NCBI RefSeq assembly: GCF_006345805.1
Contig: NC_042998.1
Location: 102,362,001 to 102,426,000, forward strand
Direction of reading: 5' to 3'
DNA length: 64,000 bases
Origin: Octopus sinensis
Taxonomy: Eukaryota
The translations under genes and the position numbers were made by a program. Shown piece after piece: positions 37,957 through 50,049 of the stretch. The notes beneath the pieces were generated by a model. The model was not told the origin of the DNA. It worked only from the letters and a program-made list of their open reading frames with translations, and searched no databases. The stretch's first letter is position 1; each line of letters begins with the position of its first letter.

Positions 37957-38010
<54 letters not shown>

Positions 38011-38443
38011 CATACAAAAATACTATGTTTATGTTGTTGACATTTCATTGAAGGAGCCTTGGGTCTAGATTAGAAACTTTATTGGCAAGAAATCTTGAAA
38101 TAAAACTGAATTGACACACATGTCTATATATAGAAATGAATGAAGTTAATACAGAAAGGATTAGTCAGCAATAATATTAATACGCCAGTTTTTTTTGTTT
38201 TTTTTTGTACGAACATGACGATTGTGTCACTCTTAAGAGAAAGAAATTACTGAAAAAATGTTGTTGCTTAAAAGGAATATTTTTAACTAGATCTTTTGTG
38301 ATTCTGGAAGACATTTGAAGCCACAATCTATGTGGTGTCTTATAACATCTTAATACCCATGCCTACTGGGCCATCGAAGCAGCAACAATCTTAATGAGAA
38401 AATTAAGATAAAGTTGACGAGTGTGTTGAACAACGGGGAGAGA

Positions 38444-38496
<53 letters not shown>

Positions 38497-39449
38497 TAGC
38501 TCATAGGTATTTGAATTCCCTTCTACGATTAAACTGAAGTTGACCCCTGGCTACTAAAGGTCCAACCACAAATACACAAACACATTTGTTTTAGGTCTTG
38601 TAATCGTTTGAATTCCACCACACACCATATAACATGTTATGTCAAAATTAAAATTTTGAATTTGTGTTATTTATAAAATGACACCTCAGTTAAAAAACAT
38701 CTTTTGGCTTTCGATCACAACCTTTTCTTTCTCTTTCTATATTTTATTGTTTAGATGAAATTTCTCTCTTTTGGTCAGGGGTTTTCCAGTTTCTTTTTTT
38801 CTTGTATCAAGTAATGGTCGAAAGCATTAAAGAAAATTAAATTCATAGAGCCGACCAAAATCAAAAATATTAATTCTTATTTTCTCCCTTTTCTTAGTAT
38901 GAGAGATTTGGCTGTTATTTCTAGCAAATTGAACAATCACACAGAGTTGTTCAATTGGCTCATGTGCTGATGTATATAAGTAAACAAAAACTTAAAGACA
39001 CACATTCACACACTCACGCACACACACACACACACACTCACACACACGCGCGCGCGCATATAAGAATGTATGTGTATGTGCGCGATAATAAATGTCGCGT
39101 GGTGGAAATAAAGGCAACTTTCTATTTTTATATTTTTTAAGTTGGAATTTCTTTTTTCTTATATCAAGCAATTCACGAAACCTTTAAAAAAAGTTAAATT
39201 CATAGAGCCGAACAAAATCAAACATGTTAATTCTATTTTTTCCCTTTACTTTTCACTTTACTACAATATAATTAATTACCCTATCCTATAGGCTGTGTCC
39301 TTACATATTAAGTGAGTAATTCAGAAATATTTTCACATTTTAAACAAAAACTGTCTAATACATACGTATATGTTTTTCACTTGAAACTCTCTGAATCATT
39401 CTGGAAGTCAATTGTTTTAATAAAAAGCTTTGAAATATGGATAATCGCA

Positions 39450-39720
39450 TGAGCGACGCAGTACAAGAGTGTCAGCGTAGAAGGAAAGAACAGGTGCGCG
39501 AGGAACAGCGCGTGGAAATAAGGAATCAAAATCACGCGAAGATGAGACAGAGAAGAATCGAAATAAGCCCAGAGGAGAGGAAGCGTACGGCATAGGATGG
39601 AAAAAATCAGCTAAGGGTAGAACAAATTAGCCAGAACCAAAAAGCAGTGTATTTTAAAAAGTATGAAAGATAAGGATCAACAGAATCGAAAACACGTGAA
39701 TCAAGAGCAAATGCAAATGT
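39450..39720 (+). pseudogene. Possible Helitron ORF N-terminal fragment (R/E/Q-rich)
   Basis: One frame reads QRRRKEQVREEQRVEIRNQNHAKMRQRRIEISPEERKR; the support is compositional similarity only. Confidence 0.3.
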
Positions 39721-39859
39721 TCTTAGAAAATATGAGAAACAGAGGTGGACCTCACTCGGCGTACCACCAAACCACAGTATCGCACCAGCCAGCCAGCATT
39801 AACACCACCTCCATATATAAATATAATTAATCCTCCACCAAAACAAAACAAGAACAAAC

Positions 39860-40030
39860 ACAAGAAAAATAACAACGCGAGGACGTTGTGCATACACAGT
39901 GTTAACTCAGGGAAGGAAAGAAAGGTAAGTTTACGTTTCGAGCAAAGCTCTTCGTCAGAAACAGGAGACAGAGGAAAGGACAAAGGAAAAGGAAGAGGGA
40001 GAAAATAAATCGCCAACGATCCACATGTGA
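39860..40030 (-). mobile_element. PLE-LTR-like repeat with compact hammerhead (39929-39962)
   Basis: Minus strand reads gttt-CUGACGA-a-gagc ttt gctc-GAAA-cg-U-A-aac. It has an extra A after A9, a zero-loop palindromic stem III (acgt) and a weakened stem I. Confidence 0.65.
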
Positions 40031-40045
40031 TACACACACACACAG

Positions 40046-40078
<33 letters not shown>

Positions 40079-40139
40079 AATACATACATATATATGTATG
40101 TATATATTTATTCGTGTGTGTGTGTGTATGCATGTTTGT

Positions 40140-40335
40140 ATTTGTGTTTTGACCCCCACCAACTTTGCTTGACAAACCGACGTTGATGTGTTTTCATCCC
40201 AGTAACATAGCTGTTAGGCAGAATAGACTGATAGAGTAAGCACCAGGCTTACAGGGAATAACTGCAGGGGTCAATTTCTTCGACTAAAGAGTGGTGCTCC
40301 GCCATGGCCACCGTCAAATGACTGAAACAAATAAA
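40140..40335 (+). mobile_element. SINE family 1, 3' half
   Basis: ttgcttgacaaaccgacgttgatgtg...ggggtcaatttcttcgactaaa...gtcaaatgactgaaacaa. Confidence 0.8.
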
Positions 40336-40516
40336 GGAACTAATACGAGAAAAATGCTCCGTACCGCTAAACTAAGAGAATTCTCTGAATATATGTACGG
40401 TGTATTTTAAGACTAAATAGTAATTCTGCTTACGTTTGCGTAACATATATTTTGGCTGGAATATATAGTAATCGGTTTCACACTTTTTTCTATGTCCTGT
40501 AAGTGTCACAATATGC

Positions 40517-40897
40517 TTTTCTACTATAGGCACAAATCCTGAAATTTGGAGAGGGAGGGGGCCAATTGTTTAGATCGACCCAAGTACACAACTGGTACTT
40601 AATTCATCAAAGGCAAAGTCGACCTCGGCAGAATTTGAACTCAGAACGTAAAGACAGACGAAATACCTATTTCTTTACTACCCACAAGGGGCTAAACACA
40701 GTGAGGACAAACAAGGACAGACAAACGGACTAAGTCGATTATATCGACCCCAGTGCGTAACTGGTACTTATTTAATCGACCTTGAAAGGATGAAAGGCAA
40801 AGTCGACCTCGGCGGAATTTGAACTCAGAACGTAGCGCAGACGAGATACCGCTAAGTATTTTGTCCGGCGTGCTAGCGATTCTGCCCGCTCGCCGCC
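40517..40897 (-). mobile_element. Nested SINE family 2: tail-B copy (from 40668) within the head of a tail-A copy
   Basis: The core gcaaagtcgacctcggc.gaatttgaactcagaacgta occurs twice, with two different tails and only one complete head. Confidence 0.8.
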
Positions 40898-42385
40898 TTT
40901 AACTGTCACAAAATAGAACCATTTCTCATGGCACCAGCACACAATTTACAAATGCTTACATTTTTATATTTTTCGTGAATTTTAGTATGTATTATATTAT
41001 CATTTCATCTCTTAGATGAAAGGGCAATAGTCTTGACGTTTCGGACGATCAACTTTCATAAAAAGAAAAATATAGAAGAAACACAGAAAGGAAGTGAAGT
41101 AGAAAAACAGGGAAAGAAGAGAAGTAGTGCTGATCGTAGTATTAGTCGTAGTCCTGGTGTTGGAAGTACTGTTAATATTAGCAGAAGTGACGGTGGTCTC
41201 ATTACTACCAATGGTAGTCGAATCGTACAATTTTTCTTCTGAATCGTACAATGGTAGTCGAATCGTACAATTTTTCTTCTGAATTTATAGCATTATCAAT
41301 ATTTTTCCATGTATACACTCTTGTTGATGACGCTAGCATATATGAAAAACAGGAATATCCTTTGTGTGAAGTATGTTATGTTGTCAAGTTACTTAAACGG
41401 AACAAACAAAACTAATGTAATTGATAAAGCAGCAGCTTGTACTAAGTAGAGACAATGAAGCCGATATCCGTTTTACATGCAAATATCTTAAACTATATTA
41501 TATTAAGATACATGTGAAATATAATTATGGTTTATTCTGAACATTTTGCCGTATTCACCCTCTAATCTTCGTTGCTTAATTTTATTTTATCTAGTATACT
41601 GAATTTATTAGTAGCAGTTCACATACATTCAATTCAGATCTCTTCTAAGTGTTAATTATTTTTTCACCTCCAAATATATTTCCCATATATAAATATTATC
41701 GCGTTTTATATCGAGTCTGTAATAGATGTATATGGATGTTATTATACATTGTCTTCCGATTATTAAAACCAAAGTTTATTTTATGTATTACGGATTAATT
41801 CAGTGTTGGTTATCCCTCAGGATGTTTTCAGTAAATAACTGTTGAATTTTAAGGACTTCTAATTCGTAACTCTAAACATATTACACATTTTCTATTGAAA
41901 GGATTAAAAATATTTTTAAATGAGAACATCTTAATCATTGTTGGTATAGTCGAATGTAAAGTTGTTGTTGAATGAATTCATTAGACTTTTCAGTGTCACA
42001 CTTAATCCAATATAATCAGATTCTACTACGTGAAATTTCATTTTTGTTCTAATTTTATCAGCTGACAAAGATATCAAGATCATTTAGTAGAAGACGTTTG
42101 TAACTGCGTACATAACGTCCACTAGACAGCTAATTCCGTTAAACCCTCGATTTAAATATTATATCCTGGTGTTAGTTTGTAATTATTACTTGTCTATTTT
42201 GCGAAATTGCCGTGAAGTAAGATATCGTTGATATACAGCAAACTAAATGTGCCAGTTTCCGTTCTTTTATTTTGACCTGACTATGAAACTATACACACAT
42301 GCACACACACACGCACACATACACACGCACACACACACACACACACTTACATATATATATATATAGATATATATATATATATAAG

Positions 42386-42420
<35 letters not shown>

Positions 42421-43634
42421 TATATGTAAGTTTCAACAATGGTATCAAATATAGTGATATTTTCAGCTAAACGAAACGGAAAATAAAAACCATTTGTTAT
42501 TTAAGTATATATATGACACGTGTGACATGGTTTGACATCATATAAGAAAATTTAAATCAAGCAGAAATAATTTATATGTAATTCTGCTATCTCATCTCCT
42601 ACCTGGCCATATTCTCACCCATAATAGAATTCAAATTGATTCGTTCGAAAGATTTGTCTTCACTATATATTATTTAGATACAACTGCATTACAATTTCCT
42701 ATCACAGTCAAAATTTACAAGTGCATCGAAAATGAAAGATACTTTTTCACGTAAGTTCGACTATTCAGAAGATTATGAATGTTCGTTTCCTTTTCTTTGT
42801 ATTGACAAATTAAGTAATTTTTATTTTCAGTGTTTATTTTCACATAAACTCACAATATAGAAATATGTGGATAGATACATCATATAAATTTAGTTTTATT
42901 ATTTAATTCTAGTTCATCCTGAATGATTGATATTCTATAATGTGTATGTTTATTTATTTTTTTTTACATCAATTAAGTAGTTTCTTATCCTTCTAAATAT
43001 ACTTTTAACATTCTTTAGCTTGCTCAATAGCAAATATGTGAGCTAAAATTGATATATTAATATTTTCTTTTCTTTATTTTGGATTAAACTCTATACGTAG
43101 AAAATACTCTTTTGTATTTTTTCAAATCTCAATCAACTTCTAAATCATGTCTTTCGCTTTCAATAATCAATCGGTAAAATATAAAATGCATCTGAATTTT
43201 TCTGATCATTCGTAATTGTCAAGCAATCTGGAAGTCCTTCAGAATGCAGATCGCCCGTTAGAAATATAATGACAGAGTTGACAAATACTTTAATCAATTT
43301 CTTCATTAAGACATTTAAACTTTACGCCGAGGCAGTGTTTAATTAATTTCGATATGTGTGTGATATCAAATATTTGTGGTTTATATTTTTTATCGTTAAA
43401 AACATCTACAAATTATTGACATAATCACAAGCACGATACGCAATTTACGTTTATATCACGTTTATACAATATTGTTCTAGTTCTTGGGGTGTATCATTTT
43501 AAGCATTAACACATCAATGGTTTCCAGTCCCCGGAAAAGCACTTCATGTTCATTCACTTGAATGCTTAAATGATGTGTTTCATAAGAAATGTTTCTAGTC
43601 TTAGGCATTCAAATATATTTTCAAATTATTAATT

Positions 43635-45030
43635 TGTCCATCATTGTCTACGATGACAAATGATATCTCGTGGGAGAGGACTTGGAAAGGTGTGTCCAGC
43701 TATGATCGATCAGTCCGTTGCCTGCTCGAGGTATCTGCCGCTGGTCGGTCACTGGTGGACTGGTGAAACTGAAGGCGGGCAGTTGGCTTCACGTTTTCTT
43801 TGTGCCCTTGAAATCCTGTTCTATTCGTAGGAGATGGGCCTTTATTGGTGCATCATCACCAGGCTGGACGGTCGTGCGGTTGCATTTCATGTTGTCGGGT
43901 TGATCTTAAGGCTTTTTACTGAGGCTTTAAATGTATCCTTCAAGCAATTTTCTGTCCGCCTAGCTTCTCCGTGTCTCCTGATATTTTACTGTACAAAAGT
44001 CTCCTGGATTTTCGTCTTTGAGGCATTGAAAGAAGTCTACCAGCTCACCTGACTTGGGCTCTCCACAATAGGGTATAAATTCTTCGTCGATTAGCTCCAG
44101 AGAAGTCCTCTGCGCTTGGGACCCTGTTTTGCAAGGTGGGTTTCAAAAACCTTCTTTGGGAGTTCATGAGGAAGTAGTTTAGTTTTTTCACGTGGCGTTT
44201 GTAAACCGACCAAGTCTCCCTGCCGTACAGTCACGTAGTGAGTGCTGTTGCCTTGTGCACCCTCAGCTTGGTGGCCTGCGTAATGCCTCTCCTCTCCCAC
44301 ACTGATTCATGTAGCCACACATATGCTAACTTTCCCTTGGCGATGCGTGTGTCGACTTTATAGTCAATACTCACAAATCTAGGTGTGCTGCTGAGGTATA
44401 TAAAAATATCAAAACTTTCCAGGGTTTCCCCTTTGACTGTGGTAGATAGTTCTACGTAAGATTTCTGTGGGTCAGGTTGGTGCATGAACTCTTTCATCTG
44501 AGTACTAATTGCGAGGTCGAACTTATTACAAGCAGTGGAAAAGAAGTTCATTTTCTGCTGCACCTGGGCATCTGTGGCAGCGTAGAGAGCGCAGTCGTCT
44601 GTGAACTGGAAGTTGCCCCCCAGCGTCCTCCTCCACCTTGATCTTGGCTTTAGCCTCATCAGATTGAGGTGTCTGCCATCAGTCCTGATTCTGATCTTGA
44701 TGCTGGTTTCTTTGCAGTTACAGAAAGAATCTGACATCATGGCTGAGAACATCATGCGAAACAGCTTAACTATTAGTATGGAGTTTGCTTGGTTCCGTTA
44801 GCGACTGGGAATACGTCGCAAGAAACTACACAACACTCCAGTAGACGAGCAAGCATACTGCTGTGGAACTGTCGCACCATACTAAAGGAATTGTCCGGGC
44901 AGCCGAACATTTCCATGATATTTGGAAGTCCCTCGCCATTGACAGTCTCAAAGGCCTTGGTTGGGCCCCTAAAGTTGTTTGTAAGTGCCTGTTCTGCTCC
45001 TGGCATTTCGGGAATTGGAGTGCAGGACAT
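43635..45030 (-). pseudogene. RTE-clade LINE remnant (RT through C-terminus and 3' end)
   Basis: TKAFETV..FGCPD..MVRQFH, IRTDGRHLNLMRLK..FTDDCALYA, VWERRGITQATKLRV, GLIDHSWTH. Confidence 0.85.
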
Positions 45031-45513
45031 ATCATGTGCAAGTGATCATGTCGCGTCAAAAATACATAGTACAACTATCATACTGCAGCCAACACACAAT
45101 TTCTAACATTTACGAATTCAAGAAACGTTCATACGCACATACACACACACACTGACAAGCATACACATTTCAACGACATATATATTTGAAAAGCTTCCAT
45201 ACAACTCACACGTAATATATGCTGCTTCAATAAATTCATGAGCGCAGATGAACAACAACACATGTAGGCGATAACTCTTTCATCTGTCTACATTAAAAAT
45301 TTTCATGTTACACATAAAAGTCTGCGAATATTTCACCGGTATTAAATCGTCATGTACAGAATAAAAGGCGAGAATAAGCCGGAATGTATTAAAAAAATGT
45401 TTTTCATCGTTCTGATTCTCGCTGTTTATGTGGCCATGAAACATGAACAATTATCATTTTCCAGATTCCAGTACGCATCAGCAATTGTGTATATATCTAT
45501 CTATCTATCTATC

Positions 45514-45546
<33 letters not shown>

Positions 45547-45899
45547 ATATGTATATATATATGTGTATATGTATGTATATATATATATATATATATGAAT
45601 GTATATATATAAATATATATATGAATATATATATATACATATATATGTGTGTGTATATATGTATATATATATATATATGTATATATGTATATATATATAT
45701 GTATATATATGTGTATATGTATGTATATATATATATATATATACATATATATATTTGAAATTTACAGAAAAACAAACCACGAAGACAGGTGTATAAACAA
45801 CAAGCAGTCAGGTGTATTAGATTGATACTTGGGAAGGTAAGTCTTGGAACTCGAGGAAATGAACAGAGAGAATAGAAAAAACTCTTTTGGAGTTAGCGG

Positions 45900-46130
45900 T
45901 CAACGATAGCGATATTGCAAGTCTTCTGCACAGATTCCATTAGACCCTGGAGATTTATTCTTATTCAGCTTATTCACAGCTAAATAAATGTCATTTAGAG
46001 TTGGTTCAAATGCCATCTCTTCTAAAACTGTTTTGAAATCTTCCACAACGTTGTTTAGATAAAGATTGATACTTTCTATATCATTGTGGAATCTTTGCAG
46101 GTTGTTCGATAATTTAAAGTTTACAACATT
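45900..46130 (-). pseudogene. L1/Tx1-like ORF2 fragment
   Basis: DIYLAVNKLNKNKSPGSNGICAE resembles the KSPGxDG pre-RT motif. Confidence 0.4.
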
Positions 46131-46469
46131 TAACTTTTTGGGAACCTAAGAACCAGACTGTCGATTTTTAGGCATTATCGAAAAATCTATTTTTCCACGC
46201 ACTAGATGATCGGCCCAGCTCTCTGCTCCTCTCATGACCCGAACACTAAAAAAGGCCTTTTATATCACATGTCTAATTTCAGTAAAAAATATTTACTGAG
46301 CCCAGTCTGCATCAGTAGGTAGGCTTTAGATTTTAAATATACAGACAACTAGATCCGCATGTAAACTCACTGCCTGTATATTCTAACTTTTCAAATCCAC
46401 TGCACAGATGCAGTTTATTTCTGGCGACTGAGAGGATGCCGGTAAAATTTCGAACAAATTTATCAAAAA

Positions 46470-46869
46470 ATATTTAAACATATTAAATAATATTAGGCTA
46501 ATACGAATTATATAAATTATTATTACCAGTGGCCTAGCACAAAACATTAGTCAATAGAATATATATTATTCACATAAAAATATCGTGTACATTAAAACAC
46601 ATTAAGAAGCTTCCAAATAGGAAAGCCTTAGATGGTAAACCTTTTTATTTTTATTCCTTTCGAGAATTTATCCTTAATTAGTCGTTTGAGTTTTCTACTG
46701 CTCTTTCTAGCACAAGGCTTTCTTATCTGGAAGCCTCTTAATATGTTTTAATGTACACGATATTTTTATGTCAATAATATATAGTCTCTTGACTTAATAT
46801 TTTGTGCTAGGCCACTGGTAATAATAATTTCTATAATTCTTATTAACCTAATATTATTTATTATGTTTA

Positions 46870-46873
<4 letters not shown>
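46470..46873. mobile_element. Foldback/MITE-like element D: ~160-bp imperfect inverted arms, ~84-bp spacer, no recognisable HHR
   Basis: Arms at 46470-46629 and 46714-46873, e.g. ttattaccagtggcctagcacaaaa mirrored by ttttgtgctaggccactggtaataa. Confidence 0.85.
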
Positions 46874-46948
<75 letters not shown>

Positions 46949-46983
46949 ATATCTATCTATCTATCTACCTATCTATCTATCTA

Positions 46984-47052
<69 letters not shown>

Positions 47053-47054
<2 letters not shown>

Positions 47055-47287
47055 TCTTTTACTCTTTTACTTGTTTCTATCCTGAAGCACATCATATAGT
47101 CGATCAAATAGACCCCAGGACTTATTCCTTGTAAGTCTAGTACTTATTTAATCGGTCTCTTTTGCAGAGTCGCTAAGTTACGGCAACTTTAACATACCAA
47201 CATCAGCTGTCTAGCTATGGTGGGCGGACAGAAACACACACACACACACACAAAAACACACACACACAAAAACACACACACACACAC

Positions 47288-47360
<73 letters not shown>

Positions 47361-47520
47361 GACGGGTTTCTTTCAGGTTGTGTCTACTAAATTCACTCAC
47401 AAGGCTTTGGTCGGCCTGAGGCTATATTAGAAGACACCTGACTAAAGTGCCACACAGTAGGACTGAACCCGGAACCATGTGTTTGGGAAACAAGCCTCTT
47501 ACCTAACAGCCACACCTGCG
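47053..47520 (-). mobile_element. SINE family 1 with internal (CA)n(TA)n expansion
   Basis: Head cgcaggtgtggctgttaggtaag (reverse complement) through the (cttttа-type) ctctttta tail. Confidence 0.85.
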
Positions 47521-48584
47521 GGTATATATATGTATATTGCTGAATTGTAAGTTCAGCAAGAATCACAAACCCTGAAAAGATACGACTGTATCGAAACACC
47601 GGGAGTCTAGTATTTCCCTTGCGCTAAATTATCGGGGTTTAATTAATATACATTCGTCTGAAAGAATGTACTCTTCAGTGACGAAGTAGTACTATTTATC
47701 CAATTTAATTACGAATCGGTCGGCGCATGTTTGGAATATATATGTATATCATCGTCCTGCTATCTCACTATTCATCGTTTACCTGCATGTATGTGTATTT
47801 TATGTATCTATCTCTCTAGATTTCAAGCAGCCAGTGCTATCCTCAGAAACTGGAACGGAATTTTCCGTTTTCTATTAAATACACCAACATATTTAATTGG
47901 CACATAACGAAATTAGTGTACTCTACTCCGTGCTGTCTAACTAACAACGTAGCCACCATTAGTAATAGTCCGACTCTCCCTCCTCTGTTAATAAAACATC
48001 ACGATCTGATGCAAATATTCCTTCTGATTTAAAAACCTCCTCCAGACAATGACTTAATAATGATACAATTAATAATACTTTACTGGTTAATGAACGTAAG
48101 TAATATATGCAATTTCAGAGATCAATATACAGGTCTATTACCTAATTAATGCCTCCGGGTAATCGGTGCTACATTTAAAATAGAATTTCAAATAGAATTA
48201 TTTGATATATTCTTTTAATAACTAATGCTAATTACCTGATATGTTATTAAGGATATTTATTTGGGAACTTAAGGACACAAAGTTTAATTATCTTCATTCG
48301 TAATCAGATACACCTACCGCAATTTGCTCTAAGGAGAAGGTGTATATATGTGCATGAAGGTATTAGAATTCCTAACGTATAAGTCTCTACCTCTTTGTAA
48401 ATGTAATGAGTCATTGATTCGTTGTCCACACTAACTTAGTGAAGCCTTCTTTTAAAAATCCAATTTAGCTTTACAAAATTGGATAATTCATGATGTATTA
48501 ACTATTTCCTCCGTTATTCATCTAGTTACAAATGAACTTTGAGATATACGTTTACACTGGCGATAGTATATGATATAATATGAA

Positions 48585-48673
48585 ATAACAATAATAATAA
48601 TAATAATAATAATAATAATTATTATTATTATATTATTATTATTATTATTATATTATTATTATTATTATTACCA

Positions 48674-48719
<46 letters not shown>

Positions 48720-48721
48720 CA

Positions 48722-48768
<47 letters not shown>
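48585..48768. repeat. (AAT)n switching to (ATT)n microsatellite
   Basis: Direct reading; the strand switch is at ~48620. Confidence 0.95.
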
Positions 48769-48984
48769 GAGTGAGAGAGCAGTTTATGCCATCAAAGTGA
48801 CACTGGGGTAAAATATACGAAGCCCAATATACCCATCATGACTACCAGTCTGATAAGGGTACACCAGGCACATGCATCACAACCATATGTGCGCGACATG
48901 GTGAGCTCATATCAAGATAAACAGCACATGACCTTGCAGGTGGGGGCCCAGTTAGAATTTTCTTCAGGTTGAGTAGCCCATCCC
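48769..48984 (-). mobile_element. (AAT)n-flanked ~545-bp element, 5'-truncated copy
   Basis: Matches the 3' ~215 bp of 60382-60922, with (ATT)n on both sides. Confidence 0.9.
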
Positions 48985-49005
48985 ATTATTATTATTATTA
49001 TTATT

Positions 49006-49543
49006 GAGTGAGAGAGCAGAGCATGCCATCAAAGTGACACTGGGGTAAAATATACGAAGCCCAATATACCCATCATGACTACCCGTCTGATAAGAGTACA
49101 CCAGGCACATGCATCACAACCATATGTGCGCGACATGGTGATCTCATATCAAGATAAACAGCACATGACCTTGCAGGTGGGGCCCAGTTAGAATTTTCTT
49201 CAGGTTGAGTAGCCCATCCCACTCAAAAGGTCCCTGAATAAGGGTTGTTTAAGGATGTTGAAAGAACCACCATGTTTCCAAAGGTGAATTATTCAAACCC
49301 CAAAGAATCCCTCTCAACACACGGCTATGATGCTCCCCCACTACTTCTGCTCGTGATCAGAGATGCACATATCGTCAGCCACCAAGGGACATACTCAACT
49401 GGTTAAGGTCAAACAACTGACAAGCAAATCTGTGGTATTGAGCAGAATATTTGCTGTAGCCCGTCTTTTATACCAAGACAAAACAATGTACATCAGTTAA
49501 GATCAGAAGCCATGAGAGCCACTGCCCGGTACTGCATCAGGGC

Positions 49544-49544
<1 letters not shown>
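49006..49544 (-). mobile_element. (AAT)n-flanked ~545-bp element, full copy
   Basis: Reverse complement of 60382-60922, with (ATT)n on both sides. Confidence 0.9.
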
Positions 49545-49574
<30 letters not shown>

Positions 49575-49586
49575 TATATTATTATT

Positions 49587-49681
<95 letters not shown>

Positions 49682-50049
49682 CATCATTATTATTATTATA
49701 CATATATACATATACATATATACCTACATGTGTGTGTCTCTGAGTGTGTGTAGTAAAGCTGTAGGTAAATACACAGAGTACGATTTTCAAATAAACAGTT
49801 TCTTTTTACTTATTTTCTGACTGGTAACATAATATTTACTCCCTGATACTTCGGTAAAAGTACTCCTGAGTTACGTTTGGCGAATCATTGAATTTCAGAG
49901 CTTCTTTCAATTTGCCATTTAAATTTTAATATTCAATACGTTTTTTCATACGAATATGATTTTAGTAGTAATTTCCTCTTCATATGAAAAGTAGGTTAAC
50001 TTTCAATAAATAAAATCTTAACAAGATTAAACTCTCCACCAGAATACTA

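Noticed and set aside
38780-39245. Two diverged ~110-bp direct repeats (aaattcatagagccga..aaaatcaaa)
   Set aside because: They are probably decayed fragments of a common repeat; no termini or TSD allow classification.
47570-47850. HHR-like strings cctgaaaa-gatac/gtatc-gaaac (+, 47570-47605) and ctgagga-tagca/tgctt-gaaa (-, ~47815-47850)
   Set aside because: The core G8 or U16.1 is missing and stem I cannot be formed, so these are at best highly decayed.
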